From the IMG/VR virus record IMGVR_UViG_3300045988_054045: a DNA stretch of 64,000 nt. One strand, given 5' to 3'. The position numbers and the translations under genes are program-made. Positions 1 to 9,185 of this stretch are shown here, in pieces. The notes below the pieces were generated by a model. It did not search any database. It was given only the letters and a program-made list of their open reading frames with translations, and was not told the origin of the DNA. This DNA comes from a virus. How positions within the stretch are numbered: the first letter of the stretch is position 1; the number at the start of each line of letters is the position of its first letter.

Positions 1-1
1 A

Positions 2-187
2 TCTATAGGCTGGAAGCAAGATAAACACAATGAAGTTCTTGAGCTTATCAGATGGGCAAAGGATAATAACTGCAATCTACTTAACATGAACATCGCTGAT
101 TTTATGATAAGTAAGATATGGCAGAATATTGCTGAACTCAAGAACGGAGATGGTATTATGCGGTTTGATACTATCAAGAGTATTTAA
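2..187 (+). CDS. 3' end (61 codons) of a gene truncated by the window edge; hypothetical
   Basis: Frame is open from base 2 to TAA at 185-187. The stop overlaps the next ATG (TAATG). Absent from the ORF track because no start lies in the window. Confidence 0.5.
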   Translation, partial: SIGWKQDKHNEVLELIRWAKDNNCNLLNMNIADFMISKIWQNIAELKNGDGIMRFDTIKSI

Positions 188-1281
188 TGGGATTAATAAC
201 TAAGAATTTAAAAGAGTTAATTGATAGAGGTAGAAGGGGAGAAAACCATGCCTTATCAATGGGACTCCCAAAACTAGAGAGATTTGTAGATGGAATAGCA
301 CAGGAAACATATTATCTGATAGCTGGAGGTACTGGCTCAGGTAAGACTTCCTTTGCATTACATTCCTTTATCTATAAGCCTTTAATGGAAAATATTGACA
401 ATCCAGATTTCCATATTATATATTTCAGTTTGGAGATGACTGCTGAGCAACTGCTTGGCAAACTTCTATCTATTTATATATATGAAACATTTGGAGTTGA
501 ATTATCCTTTAAAGAATTACTTTCTAGAAGTAAGGATACCACTCTGTCCGATATGGACTATGAATTAGTATGTCAATCCTTAGAGATGCTTGATAAGATT
601 GAGTCTCACATGATTATATATGATAAACCATTAAACAACCAAAGAATGGTAGAGTTCCTTATGGAAACTCTTAAACAATTTGGTAAGTTTGAAGGTGATA
701 AGTATACTCTGTTTAGACCTAATCACATCATTCTTGCAGTATTAGACCATATTGGTTTAGCTAGACCTTCCATTGGTAACACCAAGAAGGATGAAATGGA
801 TGCTATGTCTTCTTCATTGGTTTCATTTAGAAATAAATGTAAGATTAGTCCTGTAGTGGTAATGCAGGTGAATAGAGGTTCCTCCAATGTAGAGAGAAGG
901 AAGTTGAACTTCCAGGAACTCCAGTTGGATGATTTAAAAGGAACTGGTAATCCAGCAGAGGATGCCAATATAGTGATGGCACTATTTTATCCGTTTAGGG
1001 AGAAGATGTCTACATATAGAGGATATGACATAAAACAAATTGGGGAGAACTTTAGAAGCGCAGTAGTATTAAAGAATAGATGGGGCGCAGCTGATATTGC
1101 TGTAGGTCTTGGATTCTATGGTAAAACTGGCTTGTTTAGAGAGCTTCCAATTGCAACCAAGATTACAAACTATGAGAAGTATAGCACCCCTGATTGGGTA
1201 CTTTCTGACTCATTAGAAGATTCATGCCAAGAGATTGAAGAACAACAAGATTCTAGTAAGAAAATGACTTTAGTTCTATAG
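187..1281 (+). CDS. DnaB-family (RecA-fold) replicative helicase
   Basis: Walker A LIAGGTGSGKTSF, Walker B-like AVLDHIGL, QVNRG motif. N-terminal GLPKLERFVDG resembles the DnaB/T7 gp4 helicase domain entry. Confidence 0.75.
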   Translation: MGLITKNLKELIDRGRRGENHALSMGLPKLERFVDGIAQETYYLIAGGTGSGKTSFALHSFIYKPLMENIDNPDFHIIYFSLEMTAEQLLGKLLSIYIYETFGVELSFKELLSRSKDTTLSDMDYELVCQSLEMLDKIESHMIIYDKPLNNQRMVEFLMETLKQFGKFEGDKYTLFRPNHIILAVLDHIGLARPSIGNTKKDEMDAMSSSLVSFRNKCKISPVVVMQVNRGSSNVERRKLNFQELQLDDLKGTGNPAEDANIVMALFYPFREKMSTYRGYDIKQIGENFRSAVVLKNRWGAADIAVGLGFYGKTGLFRELPIATKITNYEKYSTPDWVLSDSLEDSCQEIEEQQDSSKKMTLVL

Positions 1282-1284
1282 TAA

Positions 1285-1983
1285 ATGGCAGCAGAAACTA
1301 TTGCGATTGTTGGTGAAAGTGGTACTGGTAAAAGTACCTGTTTAAGAAATTTGAACCCAGAAGAAACTTTCTTGATTTCTACTACTGGTAAGCCTTTACC
1401 TTTTAAAGGGTATAAGAAGAAGTATAAAGAGATAAAGAAAGAAGGTTCTGAATGGGTGGGTAACTATTATGTAAGCTCTAAATATGACAAAATCATAAAC
1501 ATCTTGAAGATTGTTAATCTAAAGATGCCTCACATTAAGCAAGTCATTATTGACGATTGGCAATATATGTTGAGCTATGAGTTTGTAGATAGAGCTACTG
1601 AAGTTGGTTACACTAAGTTTACTGAGTTGGCTCAGCACGCTATGGAAGTGCTTAGGTATTCAGAATCTATGAGGGATGATTGCAAGATGATATTCTTAAC
1701 TCACAGTGAGAATGTCGGTGATGCTATGAATCCTAAATATTCAATCAAGACTATTGGTAAGTTATTGGCAGAAAAGGTTACTCTGGAAGGTCTATTCACC
1801 TATGTATTCTTTACTAAGGTGCAGGAAGGTGATTCTGGCAGAATGGAGTATAAATTCCTTACTAATACCGATGGGGAGTGTGTAGCAAAGACTCCGATGG
1901 GTATGTTCGATGAATTGTTAATTGACAATGATTTGAACGAGATTATAAAGGTAATTGATGCTTATAACAACGACGAGGAATGA
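1285..1983 (+). CDS. P-loop ATPase, AAA_24/Sak4-like replication-recombination accessory protein
   Basis: Walker A VGESGTGKST and Walker B VIIDDW. Sits between the helicase and the SSB-like gene. Confidence 0.55.
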   Translation: MAAETIAIVGESGTGKSTCLRNLNPEETFLISTTGKPLPFKGYKKKYKEIKKEGSEWVGNYYVSSKYDKIINILKIVNLKMPHIKQVIIDDWQYMLSYEFVDRATEVGYTKFTELAQHAMEVLRYSESMRDDCKMIFLTHSENVGDAMNPKYSIKTIGKLLAEKVTLEGLFTYVFFTKVQEGDSGRMEYKFLTNTDGECVAKTPMGMFDELLIDNDLNEIIKVIDAYNNDEE

Positions 1984-2555
1984 TTATAAAAATGATGATT
2001 ACCTTTGACTATAATCCTGATACAAAGGAGTGTGTACTTCTAAAGCAGGAGCAGGTCAAAGAGAAAGCTCAGAAAACATCTACTAAGGCTGAGGAAGCAG
2101 AGGAGTCTGCTGAACCTCAGATTACCTTAGAATCTAACAAATATGTCCTTAATAGGGCAGCTGCATCCTTAATGGGTGTAGAATGGGAGAACAGGTTGGA
2201 TATTAAATATCAACCTATTGAGAAGGGTGGATTAATGTTCCCAATTATAGGAACTGACACTGCCTGGAAGACCAAATCTGGTAACAAATTAACTAAGAGC
2301 CTCACAGTAAGTTGTAGAGGTAATGCAAACGATTTATTGTCCAAATATGGAGATACATTTACTGTAACCCCGTGGAAGGGACATGAAGGCTTGTTTGTGT
2401 TAATTGGCAACAAGGATAGGTCTGAAGAGCCTGTAACAGAAGATAAGAATATAAAGATTAAAGAAGATGAAAACCCAGTGGAAGATTTACCATTGGACAC
2501 TACCCTAGATAATGATGAAGCATATGAGATAGATGACTTATCATTTGAAATTTAA
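1980..2555 (+). CDS. hypothetical protein with acidic C-terminal tip DDLSFEI
   Basis: ATGA overlap with the upstream gene; 191 aa; acidic tail. Confidence 0.5.
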   Translation: MIIKMMITFDYNPDTKECVLLKQEQVKEKAQKTSTKAEEAEESAEPQITLESNKYVLNRAAASLMGVEWENRLDIKYQPIEKGGLMFPIIGTDTAWKTKSGNKLTKSLTVSCRGNANDLLSKYGDTFTVTPWKGHEGLFVLIGNKDRSEEPVTEDKNIKIKEDENPVEDLPLDTTLDNDEAYEIDDLSFEI

Positions 2556-2567
2556 TTTTTATATATT

Positions 2568-3236
2568 ATGGCAGGAATGACATTCAATCTAAATAACGTT
2601 AAAGGCACAGCAGTAGTAAGACTGAAAGCTTGGGGTATCTATGATGTAGTATTCAAGGGTATCGAGTTGTCTAAAGGAACAAATAAGGAAGGTAACGTAT
2701 GGAAAGCTATGAAGATTAAGTTCTCTGGCGACGAAGGTATCTTCGAACCGCTCATCTTCTGTCCTGGTGACAATGGTGCAGAACGTGTTACTGGTGAAAC
2801 TGGTGGTAAGAAGTGGGAGCTTCCTTCTGCTTTGGAACAACTTCAGTTCACTATTGCTCACGTAATGACCAACCTAGCTCCTGAAATGATGGAGAAATTC
2901 TCTAAGGCTGCAACTGGACTTTCATTGCCAGAAGACTTTGAGAAATTGGTTGAAATCATGAATAAGGCTTTGGCTAAGTCTCTTAACAAGCACACTAGAT
3001 TGAAGTTAATCGGTAATAGCAAGGGTTATGCATCTCTACCTAGCTTTGTTAGCATTAACAAGGAAGGTGAAGCTTATATCTCTAACAACTGGTTGGGAGA
3101 AACAGTAGCTTTCTCTGACTATGAAGTTAAGAAGATGAATGAGCAGAAGAATGCTAAACCTACTGAAGTACAAGATAATGTAGATGCTACTGACGAAGCA
3201 GCAGCAGGTAACGAAGACCTTGATTTTGAAGTATAA
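2568..3236 (+). CDS. putative ssDNA-binding protein (T7 gp2.5-like architecture)
   Basis: 222 aa with strongly biased codons (ggt/gct/aag/ttc). Acidic tail ends EDLDFEV with an aromatic residue near the C-terminus. Lies between the ATPase and the primase. Confidence 0.4.
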   Translation: MAGMTFNLNNVKGTAVVRLKAWGIYDVVFKGIELSKGTNKEGNVWKAMKIKFSGDEGIFEPLIFCPGDNGAERVTGETGGKKWELPSALEQLQFTIAHVMTNLAPEMMEKFSKAATGLSLPEDFEKLVEIMNKALAKSLNKHTRLKLIGNSKGYASLPSFVSINKEGEAYISNNWLGETVAFSDYEVKKMNEQKNAKPTEVQDNVDATDEAAAGNEDLDFEV

Positions 3237-3283
3237 TAAATAATTAGTAACTTTGTGGTTCTAATACAAACATATGAATTAAT

Positions 3284-4303
3284 ATGAAACTTGAATTTGA
3301 ACCTACGATTACTAAGCAATATTTATTAGACAGAGCATCTCAAGAAACATATCTCGAATATTACTTAGGCATACCTGTTAAAAAGGGTTTGTTTAAGTCG
3401 CCTTTGAGAGCAGACAATAATCCCACCTGTTCTTTTTATAGGAACAAGAGTGGAGATATTGTTCTGAAGGATTTTAGTGGTGCATTTTATGGCAACTTTA
3501 TTAGTGTAGTCATGTACAAATATGGCTTAACCTATTATAAGGCACTAAGAATGATTGCCAATGACTTCGGTTACATTAAACATCCTAAACTTAAAAAGAA
3601 TCCCAAACCTGTTACTATTAGTACTAATGAACTCAAGGAGTGCAAGGAGGCTAATATACAGGTAGAAATTCAAGAGTTCTCTAAAGAGGAACTTGAATGG
3701 TGGATGCAATTTGGTATTACAGAGAAGATTCTGAAGAAATTCAGGGTCTTCTCTTGTAAGACCGTATTTCTAAATGGTAATTTCTTTACAACATCATCTA
3801 AGAGTTGTCCAATATTTGGATATTATAGAGGTAAGAATGAGAACGAAACAGAACTGTGGAGAATCTACTTTCCTTTTAATAAGAAGCACGAGCTAAGATT
3901 TCTATCTAATTGGAAGTCCTTTCTATTGCAGGGTGCTAAACAACTTCCTAAAGAAGATGATGTCTTAGTAATAACTAAGAGTCTAAAGGATGTAATGACA
4001 CTGTATTCTCTCGGAATAACAGCCATAGCTCCAAATTCTGAGAATCTATTCCTAACTGAAAGTCAATTCTCTAAATTGAAGAGTAGATTTAAGAGGATTA
4101 TTGTATTCTATGACAATGATTTAACTGGTCTTCATAATATGAATAAGATTAGAAAGTCATTTGATGTAGAATGTATGTGGATTCCTCGTAGTTATGGAGC
4201 CAAAGATATATCAGACTTTCATAAGATGTATGGACGAGAGAAAACTTTAGAACTGATAGAACATGCCAGAAGAAGTAGCAGAAAAGCCGAAGAAGAAACG
4301 TAA
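3284..4303 (+). CDS. DnaG/TOPRIM-type DNA primase
   Basis: N-terminal degenerate zinc-finger-like SPLRADNNPTCSFY. TOPRIM-like VLVITKSLKDVMTL and VFYDNDLTG (DxD). Confidence 0.55.
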   Translation: MKLEFEPTITKQYLLDRASQETYLEYYLGIPVKKGLFKSPLRADNNPTCSFYRNKSGDIVLKDFSGAFYGNFISVVMYKYGLTYYKALRMIANDFGYIKHPKLKKNPKPVTISTNELKECKEANIQVEIQEFSKEELEWWMQFGITEKILKKFRVFSCKTVFLNGNFFTTSSKSCPIFGYYRGKNENETELWRIYFPFNKKHELRFLSNWKSFLLQGAKQLPKEDDVLVITKSLKDVMTLYSLGITAIAPNSENLFLTESQFSKLKSRFKRIIVFYDNDLTGLHNMNKIRKSFDVECMWIPRSYGAKDISDFHKMYGREKTLELIEHARRSSRKAEEET

Positions 4304-4652
4304 TGGTGCATATGCCAGACGTAAGGGAAACAATTATGAGTTGAAGATTATTAAGGAGCTTACAGAACTAGGATATGCTGGACTTAAATCAGCTAGGTCA
4401 GAATCCAAGAACTTGGATAATGATAAAATTGATATAGCAGAAACTATAGACCATCTTCCATGTTATGTACAATGTAAATGCACTAAGAATACTCCTTCGA
4501 TTTCAGAAATCATTAAGTCATGTCCTCGTAAGGATAGACCATTGGTGATTGTCTGGAATAAACAAATTGATAAAGAAGTCAATATGGCTTCTGATGGACA
4601 GTATGTTATGATGTCCAAAGAGTTCTTTTATGATTTAATAAGAAAGAATTAG
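4263..4652 (+). CDS. Hjc-like PD-(D/E)xK nuclease (possible Holliday junction resolvase)
   Basis: Pattern RRKGNNYELKII..LGY..DKIDIAE..YVQCKC (E, D, QxK order). Overlaps the primase 3' end by 41 nt. Confidence 0.4.
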   Translation: MPEEVAEKPKKKRNGAYARRKGNNYELKIIKELTELGYAGLKSARSESKNLDNDKIDIAETIDHLPCYVQCKCTKNTPSISEIIKSCPRKDRPLVIVWNKQIDKEVNMASDGQYVMMSKEFFYDLIRKN

Positions 4653-4654
4653 AT

Positions 4655-5386
4655 ATGAACATATTAGCAATACCAGTACAATCTATTAGTGACCTAATTA
4701 CTAATAGCTCTTCTGAGGTATTTATCTTGGATACTGGAAAGACGTGCGAGGAAGTCAATGACATCCTCAAAGGATTTACCTCTGGGTTTGCTTATCCAGA
4801 GGTTTTTTCGTTAAAGGATTATCGTGAATGGCGTAAAAAGCTTCGTAGTGGTGAAATAGAAGAGGGTTGGAGCTATCCTGGAACTATATTTGAAATAGCT
4901 AATGGTTGGCTTAAAGACCCAGAAGATGAGGAGGATGTTCTTGAAGTTAGAATGAACTTCTTATTTGAACCATTCGAAGTCTATGATTATGGAAATGGTA
5001 TGATAGCTCGTGGCTATAGCTGTGACTACAAGGAGCCTATTCATGATGCCTTTATTGAGTACTTGAACAATAACTGGGATAAAGTCAATTATGATATTAA
5101 CCGAGTTCTTGCAGAGGAAGAAGATGATGCTGTAGATTGCATTGATTGGAAGACTCTACACAGACATAGTTATTGGTTTAAGAATGCTCTCTGGGATATC
5201 TCTAAGGAATTCTTGAAGAGCTATGATGGACCTAAACCTACAGTATGGGAAATTAGTAAGGCTGAGGATGTGAGAAGGCTGGATGGTAAGGTATTGGTTG
5301 TAAGTAACGATGATAACAGTATCCCTTATGATACTTGGGACAAGATTAATAGTTTATTCAATGGTTGGAATATACATTTAGGATGA
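4655..5386 (+). CDS. TNSSSE-motif family, paralog 1 (243 aa)
   Basis: N-terminus IPVQSISDLITNSSSEVF; C-terminal DKINSLFNGWNI. Confidence 0.6.
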   Translation: MNILAIPVQSISDLITNSSSEVFILDTGKTCEEVNDILKGFTSGFAYPEVFSLKDYREWRKKLRSGEIEEGWSYPGTIFEIANGWLKDPEDEEDVLEVRMNFLFEPFEVYDYGNGMIARGYSCDYKEPIHDAFIEYLNNNWDKVNYDINRVLAEEEDDAVDCIDWKTLHRHSYWFKNALWDISKEFLKSYDGPKPTVWEISKAEDVRRLDGKVLVVSNDDNSIPYDTWDKINSLFNGWNIHLG

Positions 5387-5886
5387 AATTTAGACTGCAA
5401 TCTTTAAATGACGTAGTAACCAACAGTAGTATGGAAGTGTATCAAGAAGCTACACAATATACTGTTGATGCAGTAAAAGATATTATTAATGTAATTTTAA
5501 AGATTGGAGGTTCAGACAAGTCTTGCGATGATTTGTTCACAGTTAGTATTGACTATAGTGATATGCTTGAAGATTACTTCGAACGCTGCATTGATAACGA
5601 GGATATTGATGAAGAGTATAGAGGTATGATTGAAGAGGTTAGAAATCGTAAAGATGAGGATGGACACTATATAAGTGATTCCGAAGCATATCAGGAACTT
5701 GTTAAGATGGGCTTAGTGGGTGATGTATTAGAAACTATCGAGGAATTTACACGTAACTTCGACAGTGATTGGAGGTATCCTACAACTCAAGTATCTATTA
5801 TCCCTAAGAACAGTGATAAGAAATCCGATGCAGCTATATTGAACAAAATAAATGATTTGTTCTGTGTTGAAGCGTGCTACAACTAA
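5383..5886 (+). CDS. TNSSSE-motif family, paralog 2 (167 aa)
   Basis: Start moved to ATG 5383 (ATGA overlap). N-terminus RLQSLNDVVTNSSMEVY; C-terminal NKINDLFCVEAC. Confidence 0.6.
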   Translation: MKFRLQSLNDVVTNSSMEVYQEATQYTVDAVKDIINVILKIGGSDKSCDDLFTVSIDYSDMLEDYFERCIDNEDIDEEYRGMIEEVRNRKDEDGHYISDSEAYQELVKMGLVGDVLETIEEFTRNFDSDWRYPTTQVSIIPKNSDKKSDAAILNKINDLFCVEACYN

Positions 5887-6316
5887 GTATTATCTGATTC
5901 CGATTCAGTCATTCTCTGACGTAATAACAAATAGTTCTTCTGAAACTTACGTAGTTGATACTTCCTATACTGCTAAAGCATTACAAAGGGCATTAGAGGC
6001 AATACATAAACAACATGAGGATGCTGAATATTACTCTGGAGAATGCTGTGGTATTGAGGTAAGTGACTTCAAAGAGTTTTGTAGGGAGTCCTATATGTAC
6101 GAAGACCATGATGAGTATGGTGTTCCATTCCAATCTAAGGAAGAATACCTTGCTTGGGTTTGGGAACTCCCAGTGAACGTTCTCAGAGAGTGTTTATTCG
6201 TCCGAGTTGATTACGGGTTTAGTTATGTAGATAAGTTTTTAGTAGAAAATTTTAAGTGCATATCTTCTGACCATGAAAGACCAAAGGACGAAGAAGGGCG
6301 TATTGTTAAGTATTAA
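5852..6316 (+). CDS. TNSSSE-motif family, paralog 3
   Basis: LIPIQSFSDVITNSSSETY starts right after the upstream stop. Start is uncertain (ATG 5852, GTG 5864 or TTG 5867). Confidence 0.55.
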   Translation: MICSVLKRATTKYYLIPIQSFSDVITNSSSETYVVDTSYTAKALQRALEAIHKQHEDAEYYSGECCGIEVSDFKEFCRESYMYEDHDEYGVPFQSKEEYLAWVWELPVNVLRECLFVRVDYGFSYVDKFLVENFKCISSDHERPKDEEGRIVKY

Positions 6317-6590
6317 TATCCAATCATTCTCAGATGTAGTTACTAATAGCTCATCAGAGATATTCTGTACTATTACTGGAAATGACTTGGATTCTATCTA
6401 TGAGTTGCTAAAACCTCTATTTCCATCATCATATGGTTATTCTGATATGGAACCAACCTTAGATATGGAGGATGGTGTTATTACCTTATGGATTCCCTAT
6501 GGTGAGCAACCTGTAGACTTCTATAAGGCAGGATTAGAAGCAATACTTGACAAACACTTTAAAGATAACTATAAAATAGAGTATGAATGA
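6273..6590 (+). CDS. TNSSSE-motif family, paralog 4 (minimal, about 100 aa)
   Basis: SINIQSFSDVVTNSSSEIF; C-terminal LDKHFKDNYKI. Start is uncertain (ATG 6273 or TTG 6303). Confidence 0.55.
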   Translation: MKDQRTKKGVLLSINIQSFSDVVTNSSSEIFCTITGNDLDSIYELLKPLFPSSYGYSDMEPTLDMEDGVITLWIPYGEQPVDFYKAGLEAILDKHFKDNYKIEYE

Positions 6591-7510
6591 AAGATTGGAC
6601 AAGCTGGGGAACTAAAATAAGAGAGTTCTCCTACTACAATTATAAGGCTATATGGGGTAATTTGAAGACTATTCGAGTAGGTACTGGAGTAGCTAGAGAA
6701 TTACCTCCTAACATGGCTGAATTTTATGATGTTGGTATTAATACTGTATGTAATGCTGAATGTGACTTCTGTTATGTATCAGCAGGACATGGAGGAGTTA
6801 ATTATCCCAACATATGTGAAACCTGGAAAAAGTGGATGGATATGTATGGTGCTATCTCTAAAGATGAGATTACATATACTAACAAACCATTTCAAATAGC
6901 TATTGGTTCAACTGGAGAGCCAACTATGCATCCAGATTTCTGTGAGTTCCTAGAAACAGTATTTAATACTGGAGTAGTTCCTAATTACACTACTAATGGT
7001 CTTATTTTAGCTAGAGACAATGTTAAGGGAGGAGAAATCCTTGCTTACACTAAGGAATATGTTGGTGGAGTTGCAGTTAGCTTGGGTAATCCAAGTATAA
7101 GGCTTCAAGCACATAGGGCTATTAATAAGCTATTAACGTGGGGTGATACGAATGTAAATATCCATCATATTATATCTGATAAGGTGTCTGTAGATGAGTT
7201 CTATGATACTGTGGTTAGATATGGTGATAGTATTTACTATCATGTATTGTTACCTTTAATGCCTTCTGGAAGAAGTAATAAGGGTATTGAGCCTGGTGTG
7301 TTTGAATATTTAGAGGATGTAATTCAAGAGCATGATATAAAGAATGCAGCGTTTGGTGCACACTTTGTAGAATACTTGAAAACCTCTAAGATTAAAACAC
7401 ATCTCTATCCACCTGAATCGTTAAGTAAGAATGTTATTCTTACTAAGGATAAGGTACAAATTACTCCAAGTTCCTTCAATCTTAATCCCATAATGACCAT
7501 TAACTTATGA
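6587..7510 (+). CDS. radical SAM enzyme (peptide-maturase-like core, no C-terminal Cys cluster)
   Basis: C55-x3-C59-x2-C62 (VCNAECDFCYVS, nt 6749-6772), GSTGEPTMHPDF (GGEP-like SAM site), TTNGLIL. Confidence 0.75.
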   Translation: MKDWTSWGTKIREFSYYNYKAIWGNLKTIRVGTGVARELPPNMAEFYDVGINTVCNAECDFCYVSAGHGGVNYPNICETWKKWMDMYGAISKDEITYTNKPFQIAIGSTGEPTMHPDFCEFLETVFNTGVVPNYTTNGLILARDNVKGGEILAYTKEYVGGVAVSLGNPSIRLQAHRAINKLLTWGDTNVNIHHIISDKVSVDEFYDTVVRYGDSIYYHVLLPLMPSGRSNKGIEPGVFEYLEDVIQEHDIKNAAFGAHFVEYLKTSKIKTHLYPPESLSKNVILTKDKVQITPSSFNLNPIMTINL

Positions 7511-7941
7511 GTCTACCTATTGATTGGGAACTATTAGGGTATGTGAAAGGGTTATTTCCGTTTAGTACAGATAGAATACAATCCATCTCTAGGGAGGATA
7601 GTAAGCTATTTATTGCTACTGACGATGATAGACGCTTTATACTGAAACTAGTCGAAATTGGTCCAGTTATGGAGAAGTTTAATAACAATATAGGTGAGCA
7701 TCAAACACTCTTCTATATTAATCCAGAAACTAAAGAACCAGTGTTTAGGAATAAGACTGCATATGAATCAGAGAAAGAAGCTATTCATGCTGCTATGGTT
7801 ATTAATGTGCAGGATAAAACTATTCATAAAAGACAGGCTTATAAGTGTAGCGTGTGTCATAAGTGGCACGTAGGTAGAGGGAAAACCATACTCACAGATG
7901 AAGACAAAAGGAAACTTAAAATTAAGCATAACATTCGATGA
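7507..7941 (+). CDS. hypothetical protein (C-terminal CSVCHKWH motif)
   Basis: ATGA overlap; 144 aa. Confidence 0.5.
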   Translation: MSLPIDWELLGYVKGLFPFSTDRIQSISREDSKLFIATDDDRRFILKLVEIGPVMEKFNNNIGEHQTLFYINPETKEPVFRNKTAYESEKEAIHAAMVINVQDKTIHKRQAYKCSVCHKWHVGRGKTILTDEDKRKLKIKHNIR

Positions 7942-8156
7942 CAACTTATCTACTCCCTTGTTGTGGGGATAGTCATTGCTGGATTGAGAAAGTGCGTGCA
8001 AGGAACTTCTCCGATGCTCAGCAAAAGTTTATTAATGCTTTCATAGAAGATTACGAGAATATTGATGTTCCTTCCGATTGGGAGGACTTAATCAAGATTC
8101 TAAACACTCAAGCAGATATAGTAATTGGAGACATTTATGACATAGAAGAGTTTTGA
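7938..8156 (+). CDS. hypothetical protein
   Basis: ATGA overlap; 72 aa. Confidence 0.45.
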   Translation: MTTYLLPCCGDSHCWIEKVRARNFSDAQQKFINAFIEDYENIDVPSDWEDLIKILNTQADIVIGDIYDIEEF

Positions 8157-8707
8157 ATCACGAAGAGGCAACTCTCAATGGTAAGAGGTACGAGGATTAC
8201 ATATTCCCACTTATATGGGCAATTATGTTCCCTGGCACTAAGCTTGGTAAGTCAAATGCATATCAGAATATGCACTACCACTACGATTATTGGTGGAAGT
8301 GCTATAATAAGGGTAAGTGGAGGTATTACAAGCTAGAGGTCAAGTATAAGTACAAAGGTTGGGGAGTTTATGTTCTATGGGAACTTCTCAATGTAAATGG
8401 GGATGCTGGCTGGGGCTTAGGTGAAGCTGACTTTATTGTATTCGGTGCTAAAGACGGAATATATGTAGTTAACAGAGCCAAAGTAACAGCTTATATATGT
8501 AAAAAGTTAGGAATACAGCCTGATGTTAAATCACTAAGAGAAGCACAGTCTTGTTTATTTGATGGTGCTCCCTTATGGAAATTATGTCATAGAATATCTA
8601 GACCTAACGAACGTACTATAAAAATACCATTTGAGGAATTTATGACTTTCGTTTCTCCATTCTTCTTAAGTCGATACAAGGAAAATGAGAATAGGTTTAG
8701 ATATTGA
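8153..8707 (+). CDS. hypothetical protein
   Basis: Only in-frame start near the upstream stop is TTG 8153 (TTGA overlap); 184 aa. Confidence 0.45.
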   Translation: MNHEEATLNGKRYEDYIFPLIWAIMFPGTKLGKSNAYQNMHYHYDYWWKCYNKGKWRYYKLEVKYKYKGWGVYVLWELLNVNGDAGWGLGEADFIVFGAKDGIYVVNRAKVTAYICKKLGIQPDVKSLREAQSCLFDGAPLWKLCHRISRPNERTIKIPFEEFMTFVSPFFLSRYKENENRFRY

Positions 8708-9185
8708 CGATTGTCTGGCTGACTTCTGGGGAGCATATTGTAAGTATTTTGATACTGAGCACAACCCTAAAATGTTGGAAGACCACATTATAACACGTAA
8801 TGTACAGCAGATTTTAAGTAAAGACAGAGATTTTTGGTTGAATCTTGAAGTTAAGAACAGACCTGACTTCATACCTGAATTGTATTGCACTAAACGTGTA
8901 AACAATAAGGCATGGACTAAGGAATGGTTAAGACGTAACGGATTCCCTGACAGACCAGTTTATCAAATGATTTATCAGCATGGAAACAAGGCTGATATGA
9001 TTAAAGGTAGAGTGGATATATTTATTGATGATTCACTATCTAATGTGTTAAAGTGCCAGAAGTCTGGTTTACCTGCGCTGTTATTCCACACAGAGAAGAC
9101 AGCCGACTTTCCTATGTTTAAAGTATTCTCATTGAACAAAGACGAGATAATTGACTCATATCTGTTTATGAAGAAATATGCATAA
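8685..9185 (+). CDS. HAD-family 5'(3')-deoxyribonucleotidase-like phosphatase
   Basis: MRIGLDIDDCLADF nucleophile motif typical of the NT5C family; FIDDS motif near the C-terminal third. Confidence 0.6.
   Translation: MRIGLDIDDCLADFWGAYCKYFDTEHNPKMLEDHIITRNVQQILSKDRDFWLNLEVKNRPDFIPELYCTKRVNNKAWTKEWLRRNGFPDRPVYQMIYQHGNKADMIKGRVDIFIDDSLSNVLKCQKSGLPALLFHTEKTADFPMFKVFSLNKDEIIDSYLFMKKYA

Noticed and set aside
4670-4723. Resemblance of the SDxITNSSSE motif to the macro-domain DAIVNAAN segment or the flavodoxin TGNTE loop.
   Set aside because: The downstream GGGV-type macro motif is absent. The smallest paralog (about 100 aa) is too short for either fold. The similarity is limited to 4-5 residues.
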